Positions 47,129 through 58,007 of a stretch of 62,622 nt of DNA are shown one piece after another; the stretch's first letter is position 1; every line of letters begins with the position of its first letter. Under the pieces are notes generated by a model that had not been told where the DNA came from, did no database searches, and saw only the letters and a list, made by a program, of their open reading frames with translations. The stretch covers positions 1-62,622 of IMG/VR virus record IMGVR_UViG_3300043395_001957. One strand, written 5' to 3'. The stretch is from a virus (taxonomy: Duplodnaviria; Caudoviricetes). The translations under genes were made by a program, and so were the position numbers.

Positions 47129-47641
47129 TTAAAGTTGGACCCCAGAAAAGTACTGATTGGTTTGGTCTGGATAAATCTGTGTTTGATTTCCAACACTTTC
47201 CAAATATTGTGGAAGGTCTTGCGAATATGAAATACAGAAGTTTTGTAATCTCAACGCCCAATAGTCAGCATTCGTTTGTGCTTGTTGTTTAAGGTAATCT
47301 ATCTCCGCTTTAGTTGGAGCGACGCCTTGCTCACTCTGTTGCTTCACAGCACCATTTGATTTGAACTGAATAGAACTGAATGGAATATATTCTACGCAAG
47401 TGTACCATACAAGTGATGGTTTTACATAATCTTCCATTAATTCGTAATATCTGCCAGTAAATGGATTACCTGCTTCAATTTCTGCTGCAAGATAATCGTA
47501 AAGAACTGTACCTAAAAGGTTTTTCAAATACTTTATTTGTGCAGTATAAATAAACGGAAGTAATGCATCTGCATCCAATGAACCCTGTAAAGGTGTTGTC
47601 TTTATAATATCGTTACGAGATATAAATAGCGCTATTGCCAT
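47129..47641 (-). CDS. Head-tail adaptor-like protein
   Basis: Homolog of 12994-13506. Confidence 0.65.
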   Translation of the reverse strand: MAIALFISRNDIIKTTPLQGSLDADALLPFIYTAQIKYLKNLLGTVLYDYLAAEIEAGNPFTGRYYELMEDYVKPSLVWYTCVEYIPFSSIQFKSNGAVKQQSEQGVAPTKAEIDYLKQQAQTNADYWALRLQNFCISYSQDLPQYLESVGNQTQIYPDQTNQYFSGVQL

Positions 47642-47653
47642 GTCTTAATAATT

Positions 47654-48949
47654 TTAATTTTCAGTTGTATATTCTCTTGAGAAGAAAGCTGGTTTAACAA
47701 ACTTTTCAATTGGTTGGTCGGGCTTTATCTCTTGCACATCGGTTGTTGTTTCATCTTTAGTAGTTGCAGGATTCTCCATAGCATCATTTGTATCTTCTTC
47801 AACTTCTGCTACAGTCTGACCTGTTTGTTCTGCTTGCTCTGAAAGGATAGCCAATGGAGTTAATTGCTCAAAGTATAATTCTATTTCACTACCATATCCA
47901 CCTTCTCTTAAAATATAATCTAATGAATTAAGAATTAGATTTTGGAAAGGTGCAATTGTCATTGTTTGTAAGATACTAAATGCAGTTTTCATTTCTTCTG
48001 ATTGAGAAGAGAATCCGTTTGATTGAGTTCTGATACCAAATAATAATGGTGATGTAATTCTATGTGCTACGAGTATTCTATCTTGTGCGTATTCTGCTAC
48101 ATATCTAAACTTCTCATGCAGATTATCAATATTTACTACATCAATTGTTGGTTTAGTAGCAGGGTCATCGTTAAATGATAACATAAACTTACCGGCGTTA
48201 TTTGTACCTGTAAATTTAGCGTATAGTAAATCTTCTATTGTTTGTCTTTCTTCAGGAGCAGGTACACCATTGTTCATATTCAACATTACCATTGGTAAGA
48301 AACCATTCTCTATGTTGTTTATGTGTAAGTTAGATAATTCTGCTTCTACTAATGAGAACTGCATCGCAGATACCCAATCAGGCAAACTATAATAATATAA
48401 GTTAGGCGAATAATTCTTTAACCAAAACAATTCCATCTTTTCTGATGATGTTCCGAAAGCAGGAATCTTTTTCTTATCTCTAATCTTTCTTTGGTCACTC
48501 CAATCTACACAATAGTAATAGTTTTGGATACGAGGTGTATCATATATCTTTTCAGCACGAAGTGTTTGAACTGGCACATGATAAATCTTAATTATTTTTG
48601 TATGTTCATCATTCCAATAAATTTGAAATGCTGCATTACCAAATAGTTTTAAATCAAATGCTGCTCTCTTAACATCTTCCTGTGGTAATAAGCGATTTAG
48701 AGTATCATTAAACGCTTCATCTTTGGAATATAAACCTTTACCATAGATTAAATCAGCAATACCTTCTATACATGCCGCATTCGTTGTAGATGTATTGTAG
48801 CAAAGGTTAACTGCTTGAAAGAAATCATCTTGTCCATAGACACCGAATGGCACCCATGTGTAACGGCTTTTAATATCCTCTGTGATTATCGGCAGTGTGT
48901 TTTGTCCGTTGCCTACATTTACTACTGAAAAATTTGTTTGTCCTTTCAT
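47654..48949 (-). CDS. Portal protein
   Basis: Homolog of 13510-14811. Confidence 0.85.
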   Translation of the reverse strand: MKGQTNFSVVNVGNGQNTLPIITEDIKSRYTWVPFGVYGQDDFFQAVNLCYNTSTTNAACIEGIADLIYGKGLYSKDEAFNDTLNRLLPQEDVKRAAFDLKLFGNAAFQIYWNDEHTKIIKIYHVPVQTLRAEKIYDTPRIQNYYYCVDWSDQRKIRDKKKIPAFGTSSEKMELFWLKNYSPNLYYYSLPDWVSAMQFSLVEAELSNLHINNIENGFLPMVMLNMNNGVPAPEERQTIEDLLYAKFTGTNNAGKFMLSFNDDPATKPTIDVVNIDNLHEKFRYVAEYAQDRILVAHRITSPLLFGIRTQSNGFSSQSEEMKTAFSILQTMTIAPFQNLILNSLDYILREGGYGSEIELYFEQLTPLAILSEQAEQTGQTVAEVEEDTNDAMENPATTKDETTTDVQEIKPDQPIEKFVKPAFFSREYTTEN

Positions 48950-48952
48950 ATA

Positions 48953-49453
48953 TTATGGTATTGTCGTTGTTGTTGTAGTCGGTGCTAATGTGGTTGTAGT
49001 AGTTGGTGAAGCAGTTGTAGTTGTAGTAGCTGGTGCTGCTTGGTCCCAATACTTAAATGTATTATTAGTATCCGCACTTATAAATGTTTCCTCATATGGT
49101 ATTTGGTTTACATAATCAGGTTTTTCTACTGATTGTGATGCAAATACTTGCAAAGAACCATGCCATACCGGGTCTAAATAAGTAAATGGTGTTGTTGATG
49201 ATGTAATAGCAGGTGTTAAGAACATTCTATACTCATCACCTATATTTACAGTCAATGCAATATCCAAATCAAAAGATATATCAACCATGCTTTCGCATTG
49301 GTTATAAGACCATTGACCAGGACTATTTAAAAAAGAATAGTTCTCTTGCGTAAGCATGTTTTGAACATCAACTCTTAAATAGTTACTGCCAGACGGTATT
49401 TGAGCCGTTCTTATCGTGTAATTATTGTATCCTCCGAGAAAATATGTTAGCAT
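48953..49453 (-). CDS. Small structural protein with appended C-terminal Thr stalk
   Basis: Homolog of 14813-15175 plus AAPATTTTTASPTTTTTLAPTTTTTTIP. Confidence 0.6.
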   Translation of the reverse strand: MLTYFLGGYNNYTIRTAQIPSGSNYLRVDVQNMLTQENYSFLNSPGQWSYNQCESMVDISFDLDIALTVNIGDEYRMFLTPAITSSTTPFTYLDPVWHGSLQVFASQSVEKPDYVNQIPYEETFISADTNNTFKYWDQAAPATTTTTASPTTTTTLAPTTTTTTIP

Positions 49454-49508
49454 TATCTTTATGTTATCTGGTATTTAACAATCAATTATGTGGAAATAGT
49501 AAGCAAAT

Positions 49509-49539
49509 AAAAAACCCCACTCAATTAAGAGTAGGGTTT
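49509..49539 (-). terminator. Intrinsic terminator after capsid/tail tube operon
   Basis: Same hairpin as 15240-15270. Confidence 0.75.
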
Positions 49540-49563
49540 AATATTTTTATAATGCTATACTGA

Positions 49564-50112
49564 TTAGCTATTAGTTCCGTACACAACGGTTGGGTTTGAA
49601 CCACCCAATCCTGCGAATGGATTTGTTTGAGTTGAACCGCTGATGAATGCTGCTGGTAATTTCTCCTGACCAGTGAATGTTACAGAATAACCATAAAGGT
49701 CTCCCATAGCTGCACCTGTCTGAATTGTTCCTGCGGTTACATCTGCACCTTCTTGCTCACCAACTAACAAAGCATCTCCGTTCATAGTGTGAACTACGAT
49801 TTGAGGTCTACCGTATGCCATCAATTTCAATTGAGTGGTCATTTCGTTAGTCAACTTCTTTAAGTTCAATACTAACTCCTGATTGAAGAATGTAGTTCCA
49901 TTCTCTCTAGAAGTATTCACGGTTTCAGTATATGCACTAGTACCTTTTAATTGGTAATAATAAACTGTACTTCCCGATGGGAACGCAGTTACTTCACCAC
50001 TTCCGTTTTTAGTGAAAGACCCGGTAGTATAGTTTAAGAAGTACACGCCGGCTAAGCCACCGATACTATCTTTACATACTTCGTTTCTTCCAGCTGATAA
50101 GTTACAAGCCAT
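49564..50112 (-). CDS. Major tail (tube) protein
   Basis: Homolog of 15295-15846. Confidence 0.7.
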   Translation of the reverse strand: MACNLSAGRNEVCKDSIGGLAGVYFLNYTTGSFTKNGSGEVTAFPSGSTVYYYQLKGTSAYTETVNTSRENGTTFFNQELVLNLKKLTNEMTTQLKLMAYGRPQIVVHTMNGDALLVGEQEGADVTAGTIQTGAAMGDLYGYSVTFTGQEKLPAAFISGSTQTNPFAGLGGSNPTVVYGTNS

Positions 50113-50142
50113 ATTCTGTTAATTTAAAATGTTAGTTAATGA

Positions 50143-51108
50143 TTAATAAGCGCCGTAGTAAACGATATCTTGTCCGATACCGAATTGTACACCAGCTGTG
50201 TATCTCATTATGATACGATAGTTTTGAGAACCATCCAAATTAGCCATGTCTAATACTCTAACTTCGTTATGGTCAGATAATAAACCTGTACCGAAGAATA
50301 AGTTAGATTTTTGAGCTGCTACGATTTTAGATGCACTCATACCTGGACACAATACGATTTCGATACCATTGAAGTTGAATGGTTTTTCACCAACGTTCAT
50401 TTGGTTGTTCCAACCATTTGCTCCGATAGCACCACCTGCTAATGCTTGCTGATATGCTTTTGCTACGTTAGTAGATACATACAACAATACATCTTCCTTA
50501 CCATATACGGTATCAGGGATTGTGTTTACAACAGAGTTTAATTTGTCCAATACGTTTGCTGAAGTTACGCTACCAGAGATAACGATACTTCCAGATTTTG
50601 CTGCTAATACTGCAGTTGCACCACCTGCTGCGATAGATGCAGAGAATGCTGATTCAAATCCAAGGAATTGACCATTGATGTTAGTACCTTGCCAAATAGA
50701 TTGTTCAGTTGCTTCTGCTACTTTACCACCTACATAAGAGATTAAGAAATCGTTGAAGTTAGCAGGAATAGAATCAAATGCAGAGTATCCTAATTGCAAT
50801 GCTTCCCAGCTATCTACGAACTCTTGCTTACATAATTGTAAGTTAACTTGAAGTTCTTTTGGTTCAAGGATTCTTTCAGATAATACTACACTACCTGATG
50901 TTACGAAGTCGCAAGATGCGTCTTGTACGATACCATCAACTGCTACCTTTTGTAAAACTTCTTTGAACTTTACATTAGGGTGGATGGTAATCAATTTGTT
51001 GTCAAGCGTTCTAGCTGACAAAAGCGCTGCAGCAATATACTGACCTGCGAATTCCCCCGCATAGGTTGTAGTAATTGTAGGCTGAGCGAAATTTTGTAAT
51101 TTTTTCAT
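50143..51108 (-). CDS. Major capsid protein
   Basis: Near-identical to 15878-16852 except one Ser/Gly loop. Confidence 0.85.
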   Translation of the reverse strand: MKKLQNFAQPTITTTYAGEFAGQYIAAALLSARTLDNKLITIHPNVKFKEVLQKVAVDGIVQDASCDFVTSGSVVLSERILEPKELQVNLQLCKQEFVDSWEALQLGYSAFDSIPANFNDFLISYVGGKVAEATEQSIWQGTNINGQFLGFESAFSASIAAGGATAVLAAKSGSIVISGSVTSANVLDKLNSVVNTIPDTVYGKEDVLLYVSTNVAKAYQQALAGGAIGANGWNNQMNVGEKPFNFNGIEIVLCPGMSASKIVAAQKSNLFFGTGLLSDHNEVRVLDMANLDGSQNYRIIMRYTAGVQFGIGQDIVYYGAY

Positions 51109-51141
51109 TGTTACCTTTTTTAAAAGATTTTTTTAATAATT

Positions 51142-51906
51142 TTATTTATAAAGTTTAGATAAGAATGCTGATTGTGAGTTTTGAGCTTTCTTACCATAAT
51201 TTGTTTTTGATTTGTCAGTAGAGAACTTAACACCGGATTCAACAGGAGCACCATCTAATTTTGCTAACTCCTCTTCTTCATCCATAGTTGGTAACATCTC
51301 TTCTTCATCTTTTTCTTTTTCTACTTCAATAGAGATTTCAGCCATCTTAGCCATCTTTTTCTCCATTTCTTCAATGCGGTATGACATCTCTTCCATTTTC
51401 TTAGCCATATCAGCCATATCCATTGGAGTATCTTCACCCTCTTTGATATCAGCAGGAACGCCATCACCAACTTGTGGGATATCTGATTCTGCTTCTTCAG
51501 TTACTTCTGCTAACATAGATGATGGTTTTAAACCTTTATCATCAGATGCTGGAGATTTGATGTCTTTTACTTTGTTAGCTTCTTCTTCGATGTTAGATTG
51601 AGGAAGGTCTTTTACTTCAGCAGTTTCTGCTTCAAATTCAACATTCTCTCTTTCAACGATTTTACCGCCTTCTGATTTTACTTTGATGTACACTTCTTGT
51701 CCCTCTTCACCTACTAATTTAAGGTCGTGGAAACCATCTGGTGCTGGTGTTTTTTCACCATCTTCACCGATAATCATAAGGTCTTCGCCTACATCAAAAG
51801 TAGGAGATTCTACGATTGTACCGTCTGCTAATTTTGCATAAGTTAATGATACTTCATCTTTAGAAAGTAATGTCATTATCTTATTAAGAACTTGTTTTGC
51901 GTTCAT
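51142..51906 (-). CDS. Capsid scaffolding protein
   Basis: Homolog of 16886-17623. Confidence 0.7.
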   Translation of the reverse strand: MNAKQVLNKIMTLLSKDEVSLTYAKLADGTIVESPTFDVGEDLMIIGEDGEKTPAPDGFHDLKLVGEEGQEVYIKVKSEGGKIVERENVEFEAETAEVKDLPQSNIEEEANKVKDIKSPASDDKGLKPSSMLAEVTEEAESDIPQVGDGVPADIKEGEDTPMDMADMAKKMEEMSYRIEEMEKKMAKMAEISIEVEKEKDEEEMLPTMDEEEELAKLDGAPVESGVKFSTDKSKTNYGKKAQNSQSAFLSKLYK

Positions 51907-51961
51907 AGTTTTTCTAATTTATATTATTTAACAATTTGAGTTACTAAAGTTGTAATTTTTT

Positions 51962-54900
51962 TTATAATGATGGATTTATAATCATATAGCCTACAATATC
52001 AGTATCACCATTACCTGTTGATTGAATTGTAAATGTTCCACTTCCTTTTGAAAGGATTGCTGGGCTATGTGCGTTTGTAAGTGTTTGTTTAGTTACTATA
52101 ATAATTGAATTTGCAGTTACTAATGAGTTAGAAACAACTGCCTGTGATGGAGATGCTCCATCAAGCGTTGCAGTTCCAACTTGTTGATTACTTCCTGTTG
52201 CAAAACGATGTTCAAATCCTTGTGCTATATTTGTACTTCCTGTAAATGCTGTGCTACCACTTACATTAAGAGTTCCCTCTACAAATGTGTTACTACCACT
52301 ATCAATTAAGAAACCAGTCTTTCTCGTAGAAGTTCCCGTACCTGTACCTACTGCAAAAACAGTTTCTGCAGTATATGCTTTTGTACCACCTAAATCATTC
52401 CATCTACCTGCGAATACTGAACCCCAATCTGCGCCTGTTGGACCAGCTACTCTACTGTTAGTACCATATACAGTTAACGATTGACCGATTAGGTTTGTAG
52501 AGTTAACATTAGTATTGTCACCATTGAAAGATGCAGATATCACATTAGAACCACCAAACATAGTACTATTTGAAATTACTCTTGGTGATGTAAATGTTGC
52601 GTTGGAGCCTGATGCGTATATTGTACTACCACCTATGAATACTCCTGAATTAATACCTAATGCAGCGTTTGTATTAACCGTTGATGGGAAGTATGAGTTA
52701 TTAACAATTAAAGTACCTTGAACAGTAGCACCATTTAAATTAATAGATGAACTATCGTAATTTAAAGTAACTGTTCCACCTATCGTATTAGCGCTCATAT
52801 TACTTGATGCAGATAGTGGAGTTTTAGCTGCTACTGCACTTATAGTACCTGCTATAATATTATTTGTAACATTAAGACCTGATACTGCTCTTTCAAAATT
52901 ATTAGCTGCGCTTGTTCCAAAAGATAAAGCAGTACTTGCACCATTCATAAGTAAGTTACTACTTACCGTATATGTTGATGAAGAAACAGGTGCTCTAAAT
53001 ATTACTCCGGCATTTGAAATGTTGTTAGCCATTGTAATTGGGAATGCTGCGGAGCCTGTTATCTGTGGTAATACGTTTGTATAAATGTTACCACTACCAC
53101 CAACATATCTATTAAATCCAGCAGTTACACCTGAAGGATTTGCGAATATATTACCACTACCACTTACGATAGTTGTTGGATTACCTGTATTTGTTTTAAA
53201 TATTAAGTTTGTGTTTGCGTTTACTTGTGATGAACTTATATGCGATAATGATGCATATGTAGGCGTTACACTTGAGTTAGTTAGTACTAATGAGCCGCTT
53301 TTACCTAATAAATAAACTTCACCTTGTCCGCTACCTACTACATCACCTATTGATTCAACACCTCTAAAGTTATTTGAGCCCGTTGTTGCGAAGTAAGAAT
53401 TAGAAACATATTGTGATGCTGTAAATGAGTTTAGTGAAGATAAATCAGTTGTTCCACCAAATGATGATGTTGCTACAGTTGTTGTTCTACCACTAGCATC
53501 TCCAACCCAAACATATCCTTGAGCTAAAGGTGCATCAAATGTTGAACTTATTTTTAAACTACCTGTAATATCTACGTTAGTATTTATTCCAGAATTAACT
53601 GAAACAGGTGTTTGAAATGTTACACCACCAACAGTACTTTGGAATTGAACCGGGTTATTTTGGAATGTTGTATTATTTCCTGCAGCACCTGCTAAAGTAA
53701 ATGTTTTAGTATTACTTACACCATCTCTACTAAATGCAATATCACCAACACCTGGTACTAATTGTATATTATAGAAATTAGAGGAGCCTGTCAAGAAACG
53801 GATATTACTTCCATCACCTATTTCCAATGCGTTTGCACTACCACCTACTCTAAATCCGTTAGATGCAGATACATATCCGCTTACAACTTGATTTCCGTTA
53901 AATGTATTACTTCCGGTTGTTGCAAAACTACCTGTATTAATTACACTACCTGTTTGGATATATGGTTGTAATGCTGATGCTATATTTTGAAAATTATCAT
54001 ATTGTGTTACACCATTATTATTAGTTGTAAGAATATATGAGCCCGTACCTAGTTGTATTGAACTACTAATCCAATCAACTACATCAGGGTAAAATGTTCC
54101 TGATTGATTTAATGCACCACTTATAGTTTGGTTTCCAACAAATGAGTTACTTCCTGTTGTTGCGAAACTACCTGTATTAATACCACTACCTGTGATTGCG
54201 TTTATTCTTGCGTCTACCGATGCCGAAAATGTAGAATCAATTGGTGATTGTCCTAACCAAGTAATTGCTGCACTACTATTTAATGTTAATCCACCACCTA
54301 TATAAAGAAAACTTCCTACATCTGTATTTCCATTTAATTTTGTAGATGTAGTCGGGTTTACAACTAAATCACCACTAATAAGTGTATTACTTGCAGTTAT
54401 TTGGTTTGATACAATTAAACTACCTGTCAATTGTAATGTGTTACTTCCTGTTGGAACATTTATTGTAACTGCTCCTGCACCAATTCCATTTCCAACTGCG
54501 TTTGTTTGTCCTAATTGGAATCCACCATCTGCAGCTAAAATTATATTATTGCTTTTAGCTAATATTTTTATGCTACCGCTACCACCATATTGACCATTAT
54601 TATTAATATTAAAATCACCATATGCGGTAAAGTTATTATTAGGTGCTTGGAACTCTACGTTAGCTTGTCCACCACCTGTTGATATAATATTCAATTGAGT
54701 GTTACCACTTGTTGTTATAGTTTGATTACCCGTAAATGTGTTACTGCCTGTTGTAGCGAAACTACCTGTATTAAATGTGCTTCCACTTACATCAGGTATG
54801 TTTACTGAAAATGTAGAAGCATCCCCTTTTGTAAATGTTAAGTTACGAGTACTATTATTAAACGATGCAGTGATTAGTGAACTTCCAGTTATTGCTGAAG

Positions 54901-55096
54901 TTACACTACCTGTTGCGTTATTTATTCTAGTGTTAAAAGATGCACTATCTGCAGTATATATGGTTTGATTCACTGTAGAATCAATCATATCTTCATTGAA
55001 TGTCCTTAATCTTACTGGCGTAATCTGACCATTATTATTATTAGGAAATTCGGTATTGTTTTCAACCTTTAAGGCCTGTTTTGATAATTCTGCCAT
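51962..55096 (-). CDS. Long fibre/spike protein
   Basis: 1044 aa; same N-terminus as 18496-21630, FATTGSN repeats, different C-terminus. Confidence 0.65.
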   Translation of the reverse strand: MAELSKQALKVENNTEFPNNNNGQITPVRLRTFNEDMIDSTVNQTIYTADSASFNTRINNATGSVTSAITGSSLITASFNNSTRNLTFTKGDASTFSVNIPDVSGSTFNTGSFATTGSNTFTGNQTITTSGNTQLNIISTGGGQANVEFQAPNNNFTAYGDFNINNNGQYGGSGSIKILAKSNNIILAADGGFQLGQTNAVGNGIGAGAVTINVPTGSNTLQLTGSLIVSNQITASNTLISGDLVVNPTTSTKLNGNTDVGSFLYIGGGLTLNSSAAITWLGQSPIDSTFSASVDARINAITGSGINTGSFATTGSNSFVGNQTISGALNQSGTFYPDVVDWISSSIQLGTGSYILTTNNNGVTQYDNFQNIASALQPYIQTGSVINTGSFATTGSNTFNGNQVVSGYVSASNGFRVGGSANALEIGDGSNIRFLTGSSNFYNIQLVPGVGDIAFSRDGVSNTKTFTLAGAAGNNTTFQNNPVQFQSTVGGVTFQTPVSVNSGINTNVDITGSLKISSTFDAPLAQGYVWVGDASGRTTTVATSSFGGTTDLSSLNSFTASQYVSNSYFATTGSNNFRGVESIGDVVGSGQGEVYLLGKSGSLVLTNSSVTPTYASLSHISSSQVNANTNLIFKTNTGNPTTIVSGSGNIFANPSGVTAGFNRYVGGSGNIYTNVLPQITGSAAFPITMANNISNAGVIFRAPVSSSTYTVSSNLLMNGASTALSFGTSAANNFERAVSGLNVTNNIIAGTISAVAAKTPLSASSNMSANTIGGTVTLNYDSSSINLNGATVQGTLIVNNSYFPSTVNTNAALGINSGVFIGGSTIYASGSNATFTSPRVISNSTMFGGSNVISASFNGDNTNVNSTNLIGQSLTVYGTNSRVAGPTGADWGSVFAGRWNDLGGTKAYTAETVFAVGTGTGTSTRKTGFLIDSGSNTFVEGTLNVSGSTAFTGSTNIAQGFEHRFATGSNQQVGTATLDGASPSQAVVSNSLVTANSIIIVTKQTLTNAHSPAILSKGSGTFTIQSTGNGDTDIVGYMIINPSL

Positions 55097-55112
55097 GTTA
55101 TATTTTTATATT

Positions 55113-55385
55113 TTATTCTAATACGATATCAAATCCATCAGAGTAACCATCAGAGAATGCACCACCTTTAGTTCGTGTTGCTGATTCTATCTGTCCAATA
55201 CCCTGTGACATCAATGCACCTTTACAGCAGTTTACATCATAGGTATCTTTATCAACGCAGAGACATGCTCTTCTACTATTCTTTGGAGATGATAGTCCGC
55301 GTGTTGGTCCGATGTAATAGCCAGAGTTGTTCTCTCTATTCACCGAATATCTTAACGCACCATTTCTACTATTTGACCAAGGCAT
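55113..55385 (-). CDS. Small Cys-rich conserved protein
   Basis: Homolog of 21645-21917. Confidence 0.65.
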   Translation of the reverse strand: MPWSNSRNGALRYSVNRENNSGYYIGPTRGLSSPKNSRRACLCVDKDTYDVNCCKGALMSQGIGQIESATRTKGGAFSDGYSDGFDIVLE

Positions 55386-55433
55386 ACTGATTGTTTTATG
55401 TATTTAACAATCATAAAGTTATAAATCGTAGAG

Positions 55434-55708
55434 TTATTTAACACCAATGCCCTTCATCGCTTCCTTATGTAGTAAAGAATCTAATCTTGCTTTATCAGAT
55501 TTGAAGGATAGGTATAGCAAACACTTCTCTAATGGGTATTTTACTACTTCTTCAATTTTGGCAAGTTCACCATCTGCGAGCTCAATGATAGTCGAATAAG
55601 CTCTCCACTTTTTGCTAAAATTTGCCTGATGTTGTGAGGAAGGTCCATCTCCATCGTAGATTTCAGGGTATCTTTCAGTAAGTCCGTTTGTAAACGAACA
55701 AAAAAAAA
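55434..55708 (-). CDS. Tail assembly chaperone, -1 frameshift extension
   Basis: FFCSFTNGLTERY..FSKKWRAY conserved with unit A. Confidence 0.7.
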
Positions 55709-56203
55709 CAGCGCTCCCCAATGTAGTTCCATATTTACATCCAACCATTTCTCTTCATCTATATCTCCATCGTATGGACGGATGGAATACATACTACCTT
55801 TCTTATTTGTAACAGGCCTGTATAGTATGGACATTATCTTTGCCCAATTCTTATCAATTGTAATTGTATCGTATTGTGTGATATCAGCGTAAGCACCATA
55901 AGCCATCTTACTTAAATTTGGTTCAAAGCCGTATTCAATCCCATCTATTGTTACGAATTTTTGCAAATCAATAGTATCAGGTGATATAAATTCTGCTAAT
56001 CTGCTTTTCAATTTTAAATAGGATTCAGATGATAATCCCTTTATGTATTCTGGGTTTAATCCACATAAGTGATGTAGCATAAGTGCAACCTGTGCTTCTT
56101 CATCATCTCTATATGCTTCCATATCTGCTTGTAATGCAAGATATTGTTTAAGAGTTACATCTTTCCATGTAGTTGGTATCTCTAATGTTAATGTTTGTTT
56201 CAT
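55544..56203 (-). CDS. Tail assembly chaperone (0-frame product)
   Basis: Homolog of 22077-22736. Confidence 0.7.
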   Translation of the reverse strand: MKQTLTLEIPTTWKDVTLKQYLALQADMEAYRDDEEAQVALMLHHLCGLNPEYIKGLSSESYLKLKSRLAEFISPDTIDLQKFVTIDGIEYGFEPNLSKMAYGAYADITQYDTITIDKNWAKIMSILYRPVTNKKGSMYSIRPYDGDIDEEKWLDVNMELHWGALFFFVRLQTDLLKDTLKSTMEMDLPHNIRQILAKSGELIRLSLSSQMVNLPKLKK

Positions 56204-56373
56204 GCTGTATAGTTTTGTAATATGTTTTTTAATTGTTTGTTTTTAGCCATTTCGTTTTTCAGCATTGCATCCATAGCTATTATCTTTGCTCTTAACTCTT
56301 CGTTATCCTTTTGTGTTTGCTGCACATATAGGAGTAAATCTTTTATCTCTTCTGATGTATATGTTTGACTCAT
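56200..56373 (-). CDS. 57 aa coiled-coil protein
   Basis: MSQTYTSEEIKDLLLYVQQTQKDNEELRAKIIAMDAML..; homolog of 22733-22906. Confidence 0.75.
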   Translation of the reverse strand: MSQTYTSEEIKDLLLYVQQTQKDNEELRAKIIAMDAMLKNEMAKNKQLKNILQNYTA

Positions 56374-57542
56374 CGTATTGATATTGTGTAGTTTCCTGCT
56401 TTAATCTTTTTAGCATTTAATCTTTCCATACATACATAGCGGATTGCGTCAATTGCGTGGTTTGAATAATCAACGGGGATATTCTCAAAGTTTCCGTTTT
56501 TATCAACCATCCAAACATACTCTCCAAATTCCTTCACTATATTGCTGCTTCTTTTTGTCACTATTAAGCGATATTGCATCATAAGGTCAATACCTAGCTT
56601 AATCGAATCCTTTCCTTTCCTGACAGGTTTAACATTAAATCCGAGCCTATATAGCTCTTCATTCAAACGAGGTTCTGCACTATCAGCCCAAATCTCTTCT
56701 CTACCTACTTCTAATTCTCTTAATCGGTTTGCAATATCAGATGTTACCATTCCTTTCTGATATACCAATTCATCTATGAAAAGGTCTTTATCTCTTTTCC
56801 AAATCGCTACTAATGCAGTTGGGTCTACGGTAAATCCATAGTCTAATCCGAATGCAACAAACTCTGCATTCTCCGGCACTTCCTCTACTAAATTGATTGA
56901 GAAGATTGTTCCTACATTATTGCCTGGCAATCCCATACCATATATCTTATAGTATTCAGGGTTGATTTCTTTTAATCTTTCAATCTCTTCTACTAACTGC
57001 TTTTCTAAATAAGGGTTATCACGAAAGGTACTTATATAAAGGTCTGCTTCAGGGTGTGTTTGTATTTCGTTGAAGATATAGTTGTTAGTACCAAAGGATG
57101 GGTTGTATGCTATAATTGTTTTCTTACGTGTTCTGATAAACAATTGGAAATAATCTTCTTGTGATAACTCATTACACTCATCTACAAATAAGTAATCTCT
57201 TGCACTACCTTTTCTTTTTTCCGCACTATCGATGGACATAAACTCAACCATACTTCCATTATCAAATGAATAAACGTGTTCGGTTGCTGACCATCTTTCT
57301 TCTTCCCAAATTCCTAATTCTTTTAATATGCTTATCCAATCTCTCATAATAGAGACACGCATAGATGGAAATGATTTTCTTACTACTGATATTACTATGT
57401 TTGGTTCGGATAGTGCTTTAACCAATATCCATTGTAGTGCTGAGTAAGACTTACCGCTACGCGTTCCACCCTGAAGAATACAAATCCTTCTACTGCTCTC
57501 AATATCTCTATATGTCTTTGATGTGTTGATTTGCAGTTCCAT
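56370..57542 (-). CDS. terL: Terminase large subunit (PBSX-type)
   Basis: GGTRSGKS, LFVDE, GLDYGF..DP, NHAIDAIRY. Confidence 0.92.
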   Translation of the reverse strand: MELQINTSKTYRDIESSRRICILQGGTRSGKSYSALQWILVKALSEPNIVISVVRKSFPSMRVSIMRDWISILKELGIWEEERWSATEHVYSFDNGSMVEFMSIDSAEKRKGSARDYLFVDECNELSQEDYFQLFIRTRKKTIIAYNPSFGTNNYIFNEIQTHPEADLYISTFRDNPYLEKQLVEEIERLKEINPEYYKIYGMGLPGNNVGTIFSINLVEEVPENAEFVAFGLDYGFTVDPTALVAIWKRDKDLFIDELVYQKGMVTSDIANRLRELEVGREEIWADSAEPRLNEELYRLGFNVKPVRKGKDSIKLGIDLMMQYRLIVTKRSSNIVKEFGEYVWMVDKNGNFENIPVDYSNHAIDAIRYVCMERLNAKKIKAGNYTISIR

Positions 57543-57816
57543 CTTGTATGTTTACGCTGATTTGCTGTATTCTCTGATTAATCTCACCAGTCAATTCTAT
57601 TGATGCTTTCTTTGGCACAATGTATTCTAATAGTTTAAGATATATCTTTGCGGCTTCTATTGGGTCTTGCTTTCTAATCTTTTCCAAATCTTCACGAAGG
57701 GCATCCAATCCGCTATTAGCCAAACGGGCAACAGCAAGTTTAGCCTGCTCCGTAGAACGATTAATTGCTCCTACTGGCCTTCCTTTACTTAATTTATTTC
57801 CTTTTGCGAATGGCAT
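57508..57816 (-). CDS. terS: Terminase small subunit
   Basis: FAKGNKLSKGRP.GA.N; overlaps terL. Confidence 0.7.
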   Translation of the reverse strand: MPFAKGNKLSKGRPVGAINRSTEQAKLAVARLANSGLDALREDLEKIRKQDPIEAAKIYLKLLEYIVPKKASIELTGEINQRIQQISVNIQDGTANQHIKDI

Positions 57817-57899
57817 ATATGTTTAGCGATGTTATTTAATCATGTAACAACGCTTTCAGGTTTTGTAGTTGATGATATATTTGTATATACATATATATG

Positions 57900-58007
57900 T
57901 TAGTTGAGTAGGGCGTTCCATATAGTCCACAACATATTGAAACCAAAACTTAAAACGAATAGGATTCCTAAATAGGCTATAAACAATATCCAAGTTTCAT
58001 CACTCAA
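57900..58007 (-). CDS. Small membrane protein (TTG start assumed)
   Basis: ..DETWILFIAYLGILFVLSFGFNMLWTIWNALLN; syntenic with 24415-24549. Confidence 0.4.
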   Translation of the reverse strand: MSDETWILFIAYLGILFVLSFGFNMLWTIWNALLN

